Origin: Bacillota bacterium
GTDB lineage: Bacteria; Bacillota; Sulfobacillia; JACIYH01
Length of the DNA stretch: 64,000 nt
Direction: 5' to 3'
Assembly (NCBI GenBank): GCA_014360055.1
Contig: JACIYH010000003.1
Coordinates: forward strand, 6,235 to 70,234
The notes under the pieces are model-generated. The model was not told the origin of the DNA, made no database searches, and saw only the letters and a list, made by a program, of their open reading frames with translations. Both the position numbers and the translations under genes were made by a program. Below are positions 19,100-29,634 of this stretch, in pieces (the stretch's first letter is position 1; each line of letters begins with the position of its first letter).

Positions 19100-20482
19100 T
19101 CAGACGCGGATGGTCTGCCAGCGACGGCTCCGGAAGCGGAAGATGACCAGGATGGCGCGGGCCCACTGGTCACAGGCGATGGCGCCCCATACGCCATACA
19201 GGCCGAGGGAGAGGGCGAGGGCCCCCAGGTAACCCAGGCTGAGCCGCACCCCCCATATCCCCACCAGGGTGAGGTACAGGGGCCACCTGGTGTCGCCCGC
19301 CCCGCGCAGGGCCCCGGCCAGGACTGCGTACAGGGCCAGGCCGGGCTGGGAAATGGCGGCCATCCGCAGGGCGGTGCTGGCCAGGGCTGTCACCCGGGTG
19401 TCCGTAGTGTACATGCGGGCCAGGGGAAGCGACCAGAGGGCGAAAACCAGCGACATGGCGGTCACCAGGCCGAAGGCCAGCATGCGGGCCATGTAGGCGT
19501 AGCGTTCTGCCAGCCGGGGCTTGCGGGCCCCCAGCGACTGGCCGACCAGGGCGGTGGCGGAGATGGCGAAGCCCATGGTGATGGGAAAGGTGAGGTTGGT
19601 CAGGTTCACGGCGATCTGGTGGGCGGCGTAGGTGGTCATGCCGAGGGAGGTGACCACCCGCACGAACATGAGGATGCCGAAGGACATGGCCAGTTGCTCG
19701 GCCGCACTGGGGATGCCCACGTTGAGGATCCGCCGCAGGAGCCCCAGGTCGGGCCGGTAGCGGGACCAGGAACTCACGTTTAGGCCGCACCGGCCAGTGG
19801 CAGTGGCCACCAGGAAAGCCATGCACCCCCATAGCCCGCTGAGCAGGAAAGAGAGGCCTGCCCCGGGCAGGCCCAGGGCGGGCAGCCCCATCCTGCCCCC
19901 CACCAGCAGGTAGGCGACCAGCACGTTGAGCGCCGTGCCCACCGCATTGACCAGCATGGGGGTATGCGTGTCCCCGGCGCCTCGCAGGCTGGCTCCCAGG
20001 CACATGGCCGTGGCACTGAGGGGGATACCGGCAAAGAGGAAACGCAGGTAGGGGACGGCCATGTCCGCCGCCGCGCCCTCCAGGCCCATCACGCGCACCG
20101 CGGGCCGGGCCAGGGTGGCCCCCACCGCCGCGACCAGGGCGGCGAGCGCAGCCGTGGCCACGGCCGCCTGGCGCAGGGCGGCGCGGGCCGTGTCTGCGTC
20201 GCCAGCCCCCACCGAGCGGGCCACGATGGTGGTGGCTCCCGCCCCCAGGGCGAAAAAGCCGGATACGAAGAACCACTGCAACTGGTTGGACACACCCACG
20301 GCGGCGATGGCATCCGCCCCCAGGCCCCCCACGATGGTGAGGATGAAGACCTGGGCCAGGCCAAAGAAAAGCTGTTCCGCCACCGAGGGCCAGGCCAGCC
20401 TCAGCACGTGGCGGGCGAGCACGCCGCCGGGCGCGGTTTCCGATACGGTTACGAAGGAGGGGACCGCGTTACTTCGCGCCAC
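19100..20482 (-). CDS. MATE family efflux transporter
   Basis: 12-TM profile with the duplicated MATE signature (SVAEQLFFGLAQVFILTIVG; IPSAAEQLAMSFG). Confidence 0.85.
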   Translation of the reverse strand: MARSNAVPSFVTVSETAPGGVLARHVLRLAWPSVAEQLFFGLAQVFILTIVGGLGADAIAAVGVSNQLQWFFVSGFFALGAGATTIVARSVGAGDADTARAALRQAAVATAALAALVAAVGATLARPAVRVMGLEGAAADMAVPYLRFLFAGIPLSATAMCLGASLRGAGDTHTPMLVNAVGTALNVLVAYLLVGGRMGLPALGLPGAGLSFLLSGLWGCMAFLVATATGRCGLNVSSWSRYRPDLGLLRRILNVGIPSAAEQLAMSFGILMFVRVVTSLGMTTYAAHQIAVNLTNLTFPITMGFAISATALVGQSLGARKPRLAERYAYMARMLAFGLVTAMSLVFALWSLPLARMYTTDTRVTALASTALRMAAISQPGLALYAVLAGALRGAGDTRWPLYLTLVGIWGVRLSLGYLGALALSLGLYGVWGAIACDQWARAILVIFRFRSRRWQTIRV

Positions 20483-20645
20483 GGAATATCGTATTAGCCG
20501 CCCCGGCCCTTTTTCCTCCCCCGGCCCGTCGCCCGCTGCGTCGCGCTGCCCTGGGTCTCGCCGGGGCGTTTGGCCGGTGGGTCGCGGTGGTGCGTCTCCT
20601 TGCGTTGGCCCGGCGGGTTTCGCCCGGCTGGGGGCGCGGGTCAGG

Positions 20646-21764
20646 TCAGGCGAGGGCCTCGACCGGCCCGATATGGACCTTGATGCCGCGCGAGGCCAGT
20701 TCCTCCAGGAACAGATCTGGAGGTACCACGCCCTCGGCTTCGGGGGCGACCACGCCGGGGCGGTTGATCTGGCCCCGCCCGATGAGGAGGGCTCCGATGG
20801 CCAGGGGCACCCCGGTGAGGTTCATCATGCGGTCCACGGCCGCCAGCACCACCCGGGCCGGACGGCCGTCCTTCTCGCCCCGCACCTCCACGTGGATGCC
20901 CGAGAGGGGGCGGGCGGGCCTGCCCAACTTCTCCAGCACGGGGAGCAGGGGCTTGAGGAGGCGTCCCAGGCGATCCTTGCGGGCGGGCGTGGCGGTGAGG
21001 CCCAGCCTGGCCACCACGACCGCCAGCCAGTTGAGGAATCCCTCCGTGAGGCCGCCCCGCAGGCTGACCTCCTGCAGCCCGGGCATGAAGCGTGGGATGG
21101 TCACCGGCTCGGGGTGACCGACATGGTACACTGCCACCGGTCCGATGGGGTCGGGGAAGGTGACCACCTTGCGGCCCGTGCCGGCGGGGACGCGGACCAT
21201 GGTGCCTCCCGTGAAGGTGGGGACGCTGCCTGTAAAGATGTGCATGGTGTGCAGGACCACGGCGTACCCTTCCGAGTCGGCCGAGGCACCGCACCAGGCG
21301 ATGTGGACCTCGCGGGCGGAGTCCAGCATGTCCACGCCCTTGCGGGCCAGCACGTTGGACAGCCCGGGGGTCCAGCCCAGCCCGGTGAGGACGGTGACGC
21401 CCCGTTGGCGGGCTTCCGCATCGAGTTCCAGCACGGCCTCCATGGCATCGTGGTCGTCACATATGCTGACGTAGGGCCTGCCGGCATCGATGGCCGCTCG
21501 CGCCACCGGGACCTCGAAGAGGTAGAAGGGTCCGATGGCCCCGGCCGCCACGTCGTGCTCCGCCATGAGCTGCACCAGGGCGTCGTGGTCCCGGGCGTCC
21601 ACGGCACGGGCCTGCGCCCGGGGACCGATGGAGGCTGCCACCTGCTTTGCCTTCTCCAGGTTGCGGTCTGCAATGGTGAGGACTTCCACCTCAGACGCGC
21701 GCCCCAACTCCCTCGCCGCCCGGCTGCCCATGTCGCCTGCCCCGCCCAGCACCACGACCTTCAC
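20646..21764 (-). CDS. Saccharopine dehydrogenase NADP-binding domain protein
   Basis: MKVVVLGGAGDMGSRAAREL Rossmann N-terminus, then a saccharopine-dehydrogenase-like C-terminal domain. Confidence 0.75.
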   Translation of the reverse strand: MKVVVLGGAGDMGSRAARELGRASEVEVLTIADRNLEKAKQVAASIGPRAQARAVDARDHDALVQLMAEHDVAAGAIGPFYLFEVPVARAAIDAGRPYVSICDDHDAMEAVLELDAEARQRGVTVLTGLGWTPGLSNVLARKGVDMLDSAREVHIAWCGASADSEGYAVVLHTMHIFTGSVPTFTGGTMVRVPAGTGRKVVTFPDPIGPVAVYHVGHPEPVTIPRFMPGLQEVSLRGGLTEGFLNWLAVVVARLGLTATPARKDRLGRLLKPLLPVLEKLGRPARPLSGIHVEVRGEKDGRPARVVLAAVDRMMNLTGVPLAIGALLIGRGQINRPGVVAPEAEGVVPPDLFLEELASRGIKVHIGPVEALA

Positions 21765-21856
21765 CGCGGGAGCCCCCTTTCTGAGTATTCTTCTTCGGGG
21801 GAATTCGCTGACGGAGGGTAGTTTCCTGCCACCCCTGCGAGAGCGTCCCGGCGGCG

Positions 21857-22591
21857 TCAGAGGACCTTACTCAGGAAGGAGCGGGTGCGCTCATGCCGCG
21901 GCGAACCGAATACCTGTTCCGGTGGGCCCTCTTCCAGGATGACGCCGTGCTCCAGGAACATGATGCGGTCGGCCACCTCGCGGGCGAAGCCCATCTCGTG
22001 GCTCACCACCAGCATGGTCATGCCTTCCCGGGCCAGGTCTTTCATCACCGCCAGCACCTCGCCGATCATCTCTGGATCCAGGGCGGAGGTGGGCTCGTCG
22101 AAGAGCATGAGCTTGGGCCGCATGGCCAGGGCCCGGGCTATGGCCACCCGCTGCTGCTGGCCGCCGGAAAGCTGGGCGGGCAGGTTGTTCACCTTGGCCG
22201 CCAGCCCCACCTTGGCCAGCAGCTGGCGGCCCAACTCTTCTGCCTCGCCCCGCGGCATCCCCAGTACCTTCATGGGGGCCAGGGTGACGTTCTCCAGCGC
22301 GGTGAGATGGGGGAACAGGTTGAAGAGCTGGAACACCATGCCCACCTGGCGCCTGATCTGGCACACGGGGGCGTGACGCTCGGTGATGCACTGGCCGTCG
22401 ATGTACACCTGGCCGGAGGTGGGCTCCTCGAGGCGGTTGATGCAGCGCAAGAGGGTACTCTTTCCCCCTCCGCTTGGTCCGATGATTACCACCACTTCCT
22501 GCCGGGCGACTTCGAAGCTGACGCCTTTCAGCACCTCAAGGCGGCCGAAGTACTTGTGCAGGTCCTTGACCACCAGCATGGGTCCGTTCAC
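21857..22591 (-). CDS. glnQ: Polar amino acid ABC transporter ATP-binding protein
   Basis: Walker [25 protein letters not shown] signature and a Walker B/H-loop. GlnQ/ArtP-like. Confidence 0.9.
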   Translation of the reverse strand: MNGPMLVVKDLHKYFGRLEVLKGVSFEVARQEVVVIIGPSGGGKSTLLRCINRLEEPTSGQVYIDGQCITERHAPVCQIRRQVGMVFQLFNLFPHLTALENVTLAPMKVLGMPRGEAEELGRQLLAKVGLAAKVNNLPAQLSGGQQQRVAIARALAMRPKLMLFDEPTSALDPEMIGEVLAVMKDLAREGMTMLVVSHEMGFAREVADRIMFLEHGVILEEGPPEQVFGSPRHERTRSFLSKVL

Positions 22592-22597
22592 GGCCGC

Positions 22598-23272
22598 TCA
22601 CCTACCTTCGGGACGGTGCTCACGCTTCAGTTTGATCTCCATCCAGGACACCAGCCGGGTGAAGGGCAGGGTCATGGCCAGGTAGAGGAGGGACACCGTA
22701 ATCCAGATGGGGAACGGGCGGAAGCTCCGGCCCGCGGAAATCATGCCCCGGAAGAGCAACTCTTCCATGGAGATGATAGAGACCATGGAAGAGTCCTTGA
22801 GCATGGCGATGAACTCGTTGCCCAGGGGGGGCAGGACCCGCCGGAAGGCCTGGGGGAGGATGACGTAACGCATGGCCTGCGCCGGCGTCATCCCCAGGGA
22901 GAGGGCGGCTTCCGTTTGGCCCCGCTCGATGGACTGGATGCCCGCCCGGAATATCTCGGTGACGTAGGCGCCGCAGTTGATGCTGAGGGCGGCGATGGCG
23001 TCCACCACCATGTTGGGTTTGTAACCGAAGAGCTGGGGAAGGCCGAAGTGGATGAGCATGATCTGGGCCAGCAACGGGGTGCCGCGGAAGAAGTCCACGT
23101 AGGCGGCTGCGGGCCAGGAAAAGATCTTGAACCGGGACAGACGGGCGATGGCCGCAAAGAGGCCGATGATGGTGCCCAGGGCGGTAGTGACCACGGTGAG
23201 GCGCAGGGTGAGCCAGGCCCCGCCTACGAGAAAAGGAAAGTAACGCTCGACCACCTGCCAGTCGAGGCTCAC
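22598..23272 (-). CDS. Polar amino acid ABC transporter permease (HisM/GlnP family)
   Basis: EAA-loop motif (EAALSLGMTPAQAMRYVILPQA); five TM helices. Confidence 0.9.
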   Translation of the reverse strand: MSLDWQVVERYFPFLVGGAWLTLRLTVVTTALGTIIGLFAAIARLSRFKIFSWPAAAYVDFFRGTPLLAQIMLIHFGLPQLFGYKPNMVVDAIAALSINCGAYVTEIFRAGIQSIERGQTEAALSLGMTPAQAMRYVILPQAFRRVLPPLGNEFIAMLKDSSMVSIISMEELLFRGMISAGRSFRPFPIWITVSLLYLAMTLPFTRLVSWMEIKLKREHRPEGR

Positions 23273-23346
23273 GGGGTTTCACCTCCAGTTAGAGAAAGGG
23301 GAGGGGTGTTGAGGTAACGCCCCTCCCCTTGCCCGCCGTTCGAACC

Positions 23347-24168
23347 TCACTTGCCGAAGTACTGGGCGTAGAGTTCGTCGTACTTGCCGCTGGCCTTCAG
23401 GGCGGCCAGGGCGCGGTTCACCTTAGCGTGCAGTTCGGTGTCCTCCTTGCGCATGGCCATGCCCAGGTACTCCACGTTGATGGGCTCACCGATGACGAAG
23501 GGGTCGCCCGGGTTGGCCTTCATGTGCTCCGCCGCCACGGGCAGGTCGATGACGCAGGCCACGGCACCGCCCACCTTCACCTCGTTGATGGCATCGGGGG
23601 TACTCTTGAACTTCTTAATGTTGACGAGTTTCTTGCCCTCACCCTTGAACTTCTCGTTCAGCTTTTCCATGGCATACTGGCCGGTGGTGTTGACCTGGAC
23701 GGAGACGTTCTTTCCGGCCAGATCATCCGGTCCCTTGATGCCCGCGTCCTTGTGGGACATGATCACCTGCCCGGACTTGAAGTACGGGTCGGAGAACGTA
23801 ACTGCCAGGGCGCGTTCATCGGTGATGGTCATGCCCGAGATGATGATGTCGATCTCCTTGGCCAGCAGGGCGGGGATGAGGCCGTCCCAGGCCATGTTGC
23901 GGATGTCGGCCTTGAAGCCGGCTTCCTCGGCGATGGCCCGTATCAGGTCCATGTCGAAGCCCTTCAGTTCGCCCGTCTTCTCGTCCACCCACTCAAAAGG
24001 CGGATAGGCGGCCTCCGTACCCACCTTGACGACCGGCCTCTCCGGTTCGGGCGGCGGTTGCTGGGCTGCCGGTGCGGGCGCGGGCGCGGGCTGTTCTGCC
24101 TTCTGTGCGCACCCCGCCAGGGCGAGTAGCAGACCCACGGCCAGCAACAGGGCTACTGCCTTCCTCAC
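23347..24168 (-). CDS. Amino acid ABC transporter substrate-binding lipoprotein
   Basis: GTG start after RBS GGAGGGGGGAG. Lipobox LALAGC, then a Pro/Ala linker and a type-II periplasmic binding fold (GFDMDLIRAIAEEAG). Confidence 0.85.
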   Translation of the reverse strand: MRKAVALLLAVGLLLALAGCAQKAEQPAPAPAPAAQQPPPEPERPVVKVGTEAAYPPFEWVDEKTGELKGFDMDLIRAIAEEAGFKADIRNMAWDGLIPALLAKEIDIIISGMTITDERALAVTFSDPYFKSGQVIMSHKDAGIKGPDDLAGKNVSVQVNTTGQYAMEKLNEKFKGEGKKLVNIKKFKSTPDAINEVKVGGAVACVIDLPVAAEHMKANPGDPFVIGEPINVEYLGMAMRKEDTELHAKVNRALAALKASGKYDELYAQYFGK

Positions 24169-24233
24169 GATACTCCCCCCTCCGGACGATTTGGTGCGCA
24201 ACTTGTTTTCGCCGCGGGGGGGACAATTCCTGC

Positions 24234-24623
24234 CTATGGGGGCATTTCTCCCCAAAAGTTGATGGGGAGGGGCTGGCGCGCCTTCCCCCGCAGGAGCGAG
24301 GCTTCGCGCAGCAGGACGGGCCCCTCGCCGGCATCCACGGCCAGGAAGGGGTGGGTGAGCACCTGGGCCACCATGGCGCCCGGGGGCGGGCCGAGCAGTT
24401 GTACCTCCAGCCTGCCCTGGGCGAACTGCTCGGCCGGTGACCCGGTCAGGCGTAGCTCGTACCCTGCCGTTCTCTGTTCGCCGGCGCTCACGAGGACGTA
24501 GATCCGGCGCCGGTGTGAGGTGACGTACACCCCCGGCGCCAGTCCCTCCGTCCTGCGCGCGAGTTCCGGCGGTACTTCCTCCCGTGCCAGTACGCGGGGT
24601 GCCTGCCCGGACACGGTGACCAC
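24234..24623 (-). CDS. PrcB_C-domain-like small protein
   Basis: YVLVSAGEQRTAGYELRL resembles the PrcB C-terminal domain signature (GExPTGGY). Upstream on the same strand as the binding-protein gene. Confidence 0.45.
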   Translation of the reverse strand: MVTVSGQAPRVLAREEVPPELARRTEGLAPGVYVTSHRRRIYVLVSAGEQRTAGYELRLTGSPAEQFAQGRLEVQLLGPPPGAMVAQVLTHPFLAVDAGEGPVLLREASLLRGKARQPLPINFWGEMPP

Positions 24624-24635
24624 CTCACCATCACG

Positions 24636-25394
24636 CTATGCGGGCGCCCGGCGTCCGTTCTCCGGAGGTGGTGGCGGGGGCTGGGCGGGAAGGCGGCGTT
24701 TGTGCTCGGAGGCCACGTGCATGCGCTCAATGCGCTCACCTACGGCCGGTGCGGCCTCGCCGGTGAGCAGGTAGCGGTCGAGGTCGGCGTAGGTCAGGCC
24801 CATTTCCCCTTCGTCGGTCTGGCCCGGCCACAGCCCTGCCGTGGGGGGCTTGGTGATGATGCGTTCGGGTATACCCAGGTGTCGCGCCAGTTCCCGTACC
24901 TGGCTCTTCACCAGGCCGGCCAGGGGGAGGAGATCCACTCCCCCGTCCCCGTACTTGGTGAAGTAACCCACGTGGAGTTCGCTGCGGTTGCCGGTGCCCA
25001 CCACCAGCAGGCCGTGGCTGTTGGCATAGTAATAGGCGGCTATCATGCGCAGGCGGGGCTTCAGGTTGGCCAGGGCCAGGCGCTGCCGCTCGGGAGGACC
25101 GCCGGCGGGCAGGGTGGCGAGGAGCGCCCGGTAGGGCCCGTCCAGGGGTATGGTGACGGGTTCCAGGCCCAGGGTAGCGGCCACCAGGCGGGCGTCCTCC
25201 AGGTCGGCGGGATCGCTTTCGCAGGGCATGATGAGGGTGTGGGCGTCGCCAGGGACGGCCCGCTGGCAGAGCGCTGCCACCGCGGCCGAGTCCACCCCGC
25301 CGCTCAGACCCACCACCGTGCCCCTGGCTCCCGCCCCTTCCACCTGCTCGCGTATCCACAGGACCAGGTGCTCGGCCAGTCTCGCGATATCCAT
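24636..25394 (-). CDS. nadE: NH3-dependent NAD+ synthetase
   Basis: SGGVDSA PP-loop. Start MDIARLAEHLVLWIREQV with AAGGAGG 7 nt upstream. The longer 5' ORF extension is non-coding leader. Confidence 0.85.
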   Translation of the reverse strand: MDIARLAEHLVLWIREQVEGAGARGTVVGLSGGVDSAAVAALCQRAVPGDAHTLIMPCESDPADLEDARLVAATLGLEPVTIPLDGPYRALLATLPAGGPPERQRLALANLKPRLRMIAAYYYANSHGLLVVGTGNRSELHVGYFTKYGDGGVDLLPLAGLVKSQVRELARHLGIPERIITKPPTAGLWPGQTDEGEMGLTYADLDRYLLTGEAAPAVGERIERMHVASEHKRRLPAQPPPPPPENGRRAPA

Positions 25395-25639
25395 GGCGCG
25401 TAGCCTCCTTACCTTTCCGGGATCGATCACTATTTTGCACATCGGTGCAGGGGCTCCTGCCCGGCATGTCAGCGTGGCTACCATCGTTGGGCAGCACGCG
25501 GTACAGGGCATCCCCGGCGGCCGTGATCTGCGCAACCCCTCCGTACCGGTTGCCGGGCACCCAATTGGGAATATGTCCCTCAACAATGGGTACAATAAGG
25601 AACGCGGCTACCATATTATAGGAAGGGTGTGAGAAGGTA

Positions 25640-26329
25640 ATGGAAGACCTGGAGAAGCTGTTCTACCAGGACATGCACGAGAAGCGGGTGTCTGCTTCCG
25701 GGGCCCGTCACAAGAAGGGTAAGCGGGGGAGGGTGGGCCGCGTGGTGACCCCCTCCGACCTGGCCGGGCCGGAGTATCGCCAGGGAGGCCAGACCCTCAG
25801 CTACAACATAACGGACCTGGTGGGAGTACTTAGCCAGAGCCCGGCCCTCAAGGACGCCTTGCTGGCCCGGCTGGACGAGGAGTACCGCACTTACCGGCTG
25901 GCCATCGAACGCACTGTGGAGGCGGTGAATCAGCTCCTGGGGGCGGCTCTGGCATCCACCGGGCACCGCCTCGACCAATTGGAAAGGCGGGTGGCCGCCC
26001 TGGAGGGGAGCCTGGGGGAGGGGAAGCCCGCCCGCGAACCGGCATTGGCTGCTTCTGGGCAGGCGTTGGGGGAGACCGCCGAGGCCGCCGGGCCGCGGCC
26101 GGCGCGCAAGCGCATCCGCTGGGGCAACACCCCGGAGGAGATCAAGAGCACCACATTCCGGGTGCTGGAGGGGTTGCAGCGGAGTGGCGAACGCATCACC
26201 GTCGGTTTGATCCGGTCGCGCACCCCCAGCATGATGCGGTGGCTGTATGGGGACAAGGCGGTGTTCGCCGGGCTTAAGGGCTTGCTCGAGGAGTACCAGC
26301 AGCACATGGCCCAGGCGGCCGGTTCGTAG
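25640..26329 (+). CDS. Hypothetical protein (basic N-region, central coiled coil, C-terminal winged-helix-like segment)
   Basis: Clean ORF with its own 245-bp upstream intergenic region. No family recognised. Confidence 0.45.
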   Translation: MEDLEKLFYQDMHEKRVSASGARHKKGKRGRVGRVVTPSDLAGPEYRQGGQTLSYNITDLVGVLSQSPALKDALLARLDEEYRTYRLAIERTVEAVNQLLGAALASTGHRLDQLERRVAALEGSLGEGKPAREPALAASGQALGETAEAAGPRPARKRIRWGNTPEEIKSTTFRVLEGLQRSGERITVGLIRSRTPSMMRWLYGDKAVFAGLKGLLEEYQQHMAQAAGS

Positions 26330-26499
26330 GGGAAGGACCCTCCAAGCCGCCGACCGACCCGGGGCGACGGCCGGTCGGCCGGGCGCCGCCCCGGGGGCCG
26401 GCTGTAGCACGGGCGGTGGCGGCCCCGGGAGGCTTACCGCCGGTCGAAGGCGAAACAGCACGGTAGGAGTCGCACAGGGGGGCGAAGGCGACGCGAGCC

Positions 26500-27309
26500 G
26501 TGCTGTTTGATTTCGGGGGTACCCTGGTCGAATGCCCGGCCTGGATGGATCTGGAGTTGCACGATCTGGTGCCGGTGGCACTGGCCGGCCTGTCCAGGCG
26601 GGGATGGGTGCTGCCCCCCCGGGTTGATCATGATCTTGGCCGGGACCTTCTACGCCAGTTGAGGGCGGTAGCCCGGGAAACCTGGCGGGAGTGCCCGGCG
26701 CGGCGCTGCCTGGAGGTGATCCTGCCCCGGCTCGGGGTGCAGTGCCCCCCGGGGCCGCTCCTGGACGAGGTCCTGCACGAGATATACGGAGGGCTCCTGC
26801 CCGGGGTAAGGTGGCTGGCCGGTAGCCGGGAACTCCTGCACAGCCTGAACCAGGAGGGTATCGCCCTGGCCCTGGTCTCCAACGCCGCTTACCCTGCCTT
26901 CGTGAGTGAGGCGCTGGCAGGTGCCGGGGTGCGCCACCTGTTCGCGAGCGTGGTGGTGTCGGCGGACACGGGGTGGCGTAAGCCCCACCCCGTTCCTTTC
27001 CTCCGGGCCCTGGCCGACCTGAGGGTAGCCCCCGGGGACGCCGTGCACGTGGGCGACCATTTTGGGCAGGATGTGGTGGGCGCCATGCGGGCGGGGATCC
27101 GGCCCCTCTGGATAGCTACAGACGCAGGTCCGGCCCGTGGAGGTCTGCACGCCGGCGCCCCCCCGGGCGGGGAGGGCGGGGGTGCGCCGGCCGGGTGGGT
27201 CCCGGCGCGGGTTACCCCGGTGGTGGTGCCGGACCTGGAAGGGGCGGCGGCTTACCTGCTGGCTCAGGTCGGCAGCCGAGGGGGAGAGCCTCCTCCCCCG
27301 GGACGATAG
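26500..27309 (+). CDS. HAD superfamily hydrolase
   Basis: Motif I FDFGGTL, motif II LVSNA and motif IV GDHFGQDVVGA. GTG start. Confidence 0.7.
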   Translation: MLFDFGGTLVECPAWMDLELHDLVPVALAGLSRRGWVLPPRVDHDLGRDLLRQLRAVARETWRECPARRCLEVILPRLGVQCPPGPLLDEVLHEIYGGLLPGVRWLAGSRELLHSLNQEGIALALVSNAAYPAFVSEALAGAGVRHLFASVVVSADTGWRKPHPVPFLRALADLRVAPGDAVHVGDHFGQDVVGAMRAGIRPLWIATDAGPARGGLHAGAPPGGEGGGAPAGWVPARVTPVVVPDLEGAAAYLLAQVGSRGGEPPPPGR

Positions 27310-29345
27310 TCGAGGAGGAGGGCGACCTCCCCCAGGTCGGTAGTGGTGCGCACCGGGGGTAGGGCTGCCATCAGGTAACGGCCGTAACGGCGGGTGGCAA
27401 GCCGGTGGTCCAGCACCACCACCGCCCCCCGGTCGGTGCGGGTGCGGATGAGGCGGCCGAACCCCTGCTTCAGCTTGATGGCCGTGCGCGGGAGAGTGTA
27501 CTCCCGGAAGGGGTCCTTTCCCAGCGAGCGCAGGTGTTCACACCGGGCTTCCACCAGGGGTTCGTCGGGCACCTCGAAGGGCAGCCGGGCGATGATCACG
27601 CAGGAGAGTGCCTCGCCCGGCACGTCCACGCCTTCCCAGAAGGAGTCCACCCCGAACAGCACCGATCCCGTATCGCGCCGGAATTGCTCCAGCAGGAGGT
27701 CGCGGGGACCATCACCCTGCTTCAGGGGGGTATACCCCATTTCCTCCAGGTGGGGTGCCACTTCTGCGTACACCCGGTTCATGGCCTGGTAGGAGGTGAA
27801 AAGTACGAAGGCCCTGCCCCGGGTGATGGTTACGGTTTCCCGGACCTTTTCGGCGACGTACGCCAGATAGTCGGGGCGGTTGGGGTCCGTGGCCGGGGCG
27901 TCTTCGGGGACGCATAGCAGGGCCTGCCGGCGGTAATCGAAGGGGGAGCCCAGCACCAGGCCCCGGTACTGGGGGAGGCCGAGGGACGAGGCGGTGTAGG
28001 TGAAATCGCCTCCCACGGCCAGGGTGGCCGAGGTCAGGACCACGCTGCGGGTGCGGGAGAACAGGAGGTCGGAAAGGGCTTCGGCCACGGATACGGGCGC
28101 CGAGCAGAGGGCCACCCCGCCGAAGCGGGTGCCGGGGGCGGGTTCGAGCCAGCAGGCGTGGAGGGGCCGGGCGAGGGTGGCTACCTGCTCCAGTTCCTCC
28201 CCGAGGGCCCGGCAGCGGGTGGCATGGTTGGCGGCCAGCTGCGCGTGCTCCTCCGAGATGCCCATGACCGCGATCTGCTCCAGCGCCTCGGCCAGGCGGG
28301 CGAGTTGCTCGAGCAGGTCCCCAAATCCGGTGAGGGAGGTGCGCAGGCGCAGGGGACGGGGGGGGCCCGAGGGGAAGGCAGAAGCCAGCTGGCGTCCCAG
28401 GTCTTCGAAGAACCCCGAGGAGGACTGCCGTAGACGTGCCAGCGCGTCCTCGTATCGCCTGCGGGTGCGTTCCGACAGTGACGACCGCACGCGTTCCTGC
28501 TTCACCAGGTCCTCCACTGCGTCCGCCAGCCAGGCGAAACGGTAGCCGGTGAGGCGGGTGCCCAGGTGATCGGCCGCCACCCGTTCCAGGTGGTGGGCCT
28601 CGTCACATATGACGGCCTCATGGGGGGCCAGCACCCCGAGCCCGCCCGTCTCACCGCGGATGCGCAGGTCCGCACAAAGGAGAGCGTGGTTCGTCACCAG
28701 CAGGTGGGCCTGTTCCTGGCGCCGCCGGGCGCGCCGGTAGAAGCAGTCCTCACGGAAGGGGCACTTTTCCCCTGCGCACTCGTCACTGTCGCTCTGTACT
28801 TTGCCCCACACCGGGGGCGGAACGGAGAAGGTGAGGTCGGCCCGGTCCCCCGTGGCGCCGGGCGTGCGGGCCCACTCCACCAGTCGCCGGATGCCCAGGT
28901 CGGCTTCGTCGGCAACGAGGCCCAGGCTGAGTTGCTGCTCGCGCATGCCCGCTTCCTGCTCGAGGCGGCGCCGACAGAGGTAGTTGTTCCGCCCCTTCAC
29001 CAGCACCGCCCGCAGGGGCCCAAGGTCCAGCTCCGCCAGGACGCGCTCCGCGGTGGGGATGTCCTTCTGCAGGAGTTGCTCCTGCAGGTTGATGGTGTGG
29101 GTGCTGATCACCACCCGCTCGCCCCGGGTCAGCGCCCAGAGGGCGGTGGGGATGAGGTAGGCCAGTGACTTCCCCACCCCGGTGCCCGCTTCCACCAGGC
29201 CGTGGCAACCTTCCTGGAGACAGGTCCACACCAGGCGGGCCATCTCCAGTTGCTGGGGCCGGTCTTCGTAAGCGGGCAGCACCCGGGCCAGCAGGCCCCC
29301 CGGGGTGAATATGGTTTCCAGGTGTCCCTCGACCTCGGGCGTCAC
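27264..29345 (-). CDS. dinG: ATP-dependent DNA helicase, DinG/Rad3 (XPD-like) family
   Basis: GTGVGKSLAYLIP Walker A, a DEAH box (CDEAHHL) and a four-Cys FeS insertion (CAGEKCPFREDCFY). The start is probably the GTG at 29345. Confidence 0.8.
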   Translation of the reverse strand: MTPEVEGHLETIFTPGGLLARVLPAYEDRPQQLEMARLVWTCLQEGCHGLVEAGTGVGKSLAYLIPTALWALTRGERVVISTHTINLQEQLLQKDIPTAERVLAELDLGPLRAVLVKGRNNYLCRRRLEQEAGMREQQLSLGLVADEADLGIRRLVEWARTPGATGDRADLTFSVPPPVWGKVQSDSDECAGEKCPFREDCFYRRARRRQEQAHLLVTNHALLCADLRIRGETGGLGVLAPHEAVICDEAHHLERVAADHLGTRLTGYRFAWLADAVEDLVKQERVRSSLSERTRRRYEDALARLRQSSSGFFEDLGRQLASAFPSGPPRPLRLRTSLTGFGDLLEQLARLAEALEQIAVMGISEEHAQLAANHATRCRALGEELEQVATLARPLHACWLEPAPGTRFGGVALCSAPVSVAEALSDLLFSRTRSVVLTSATLAVGGDFTYTASSLGLPQYRGLVLGSPFDYRRQALLCVPEDAPATDPNRPDYLAYVAEKVRETVTITRGRAFVLFTSYQAMNRVYAEVAPHLEEMGYTPLKQGDGPRDLLLEQFRRDTGSVLFGVDSFWEGVDVPGEALSCVIIARLPFEVPDEPLVEARCEHLRSLGKDPFREYTLPRTAIKLKQGFGRLIRTRTDRGAVVVLDHRLATRRYGRYLMAALPPVRTTTDLGEVALLLDYRPGGGGSPPRLPT

Positions 29346-29563
29346 CGGTTTTCCCCCATGCGGGGAGATTCTGCCACAATCGACCTCCGGGGCGCAACGG
29401 ATTGCCGCGCGCTGCCCACGCTGCTGCCTAACGCAGAAACGGCACACCGGACCGCGCGACCCGGTGCCGCGTTGCGGCTGCCTCGCCTTACGGCAGGTGG
29501 CGCCGGGGACCGCGCGGCGCTGATTAGAGAAAAGCAGTACGCAAACGTGCGTGCGCAAAACCC

Positions 29564-29592
29564 TTGACAGGGTGGCGAACACCTGTTATACT
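29564..29592 (+). promoter_or_regulatory. Sigma-A-type promoter (TTGACA-N17-TATACT) with an embedded Cheo/LexA-like half-palindrome CGAACACCTGTTAT
   Basis: Read directly from the sequence: the -35 is at 29564-29569, the -10 at 29587-29592, and the GAAC-N4-GTTA box at 29576-29589. It lies upstream of the ImuB-like gene and divergent from dinG. Confidence 0.45.
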
Positions 29593-29634
29593 GGCCCTGG
29601 CAAACCGAGGTTCGCTTTCACGGGGGGAGCGGGG

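Noticed and set aside
23325-23345. tRNA T-arm-like GTTCGAACC
   Set aside because: No acceptor, D-arm or anticodon-arm context. It lies in the 3' flank of the binding-protein gene.
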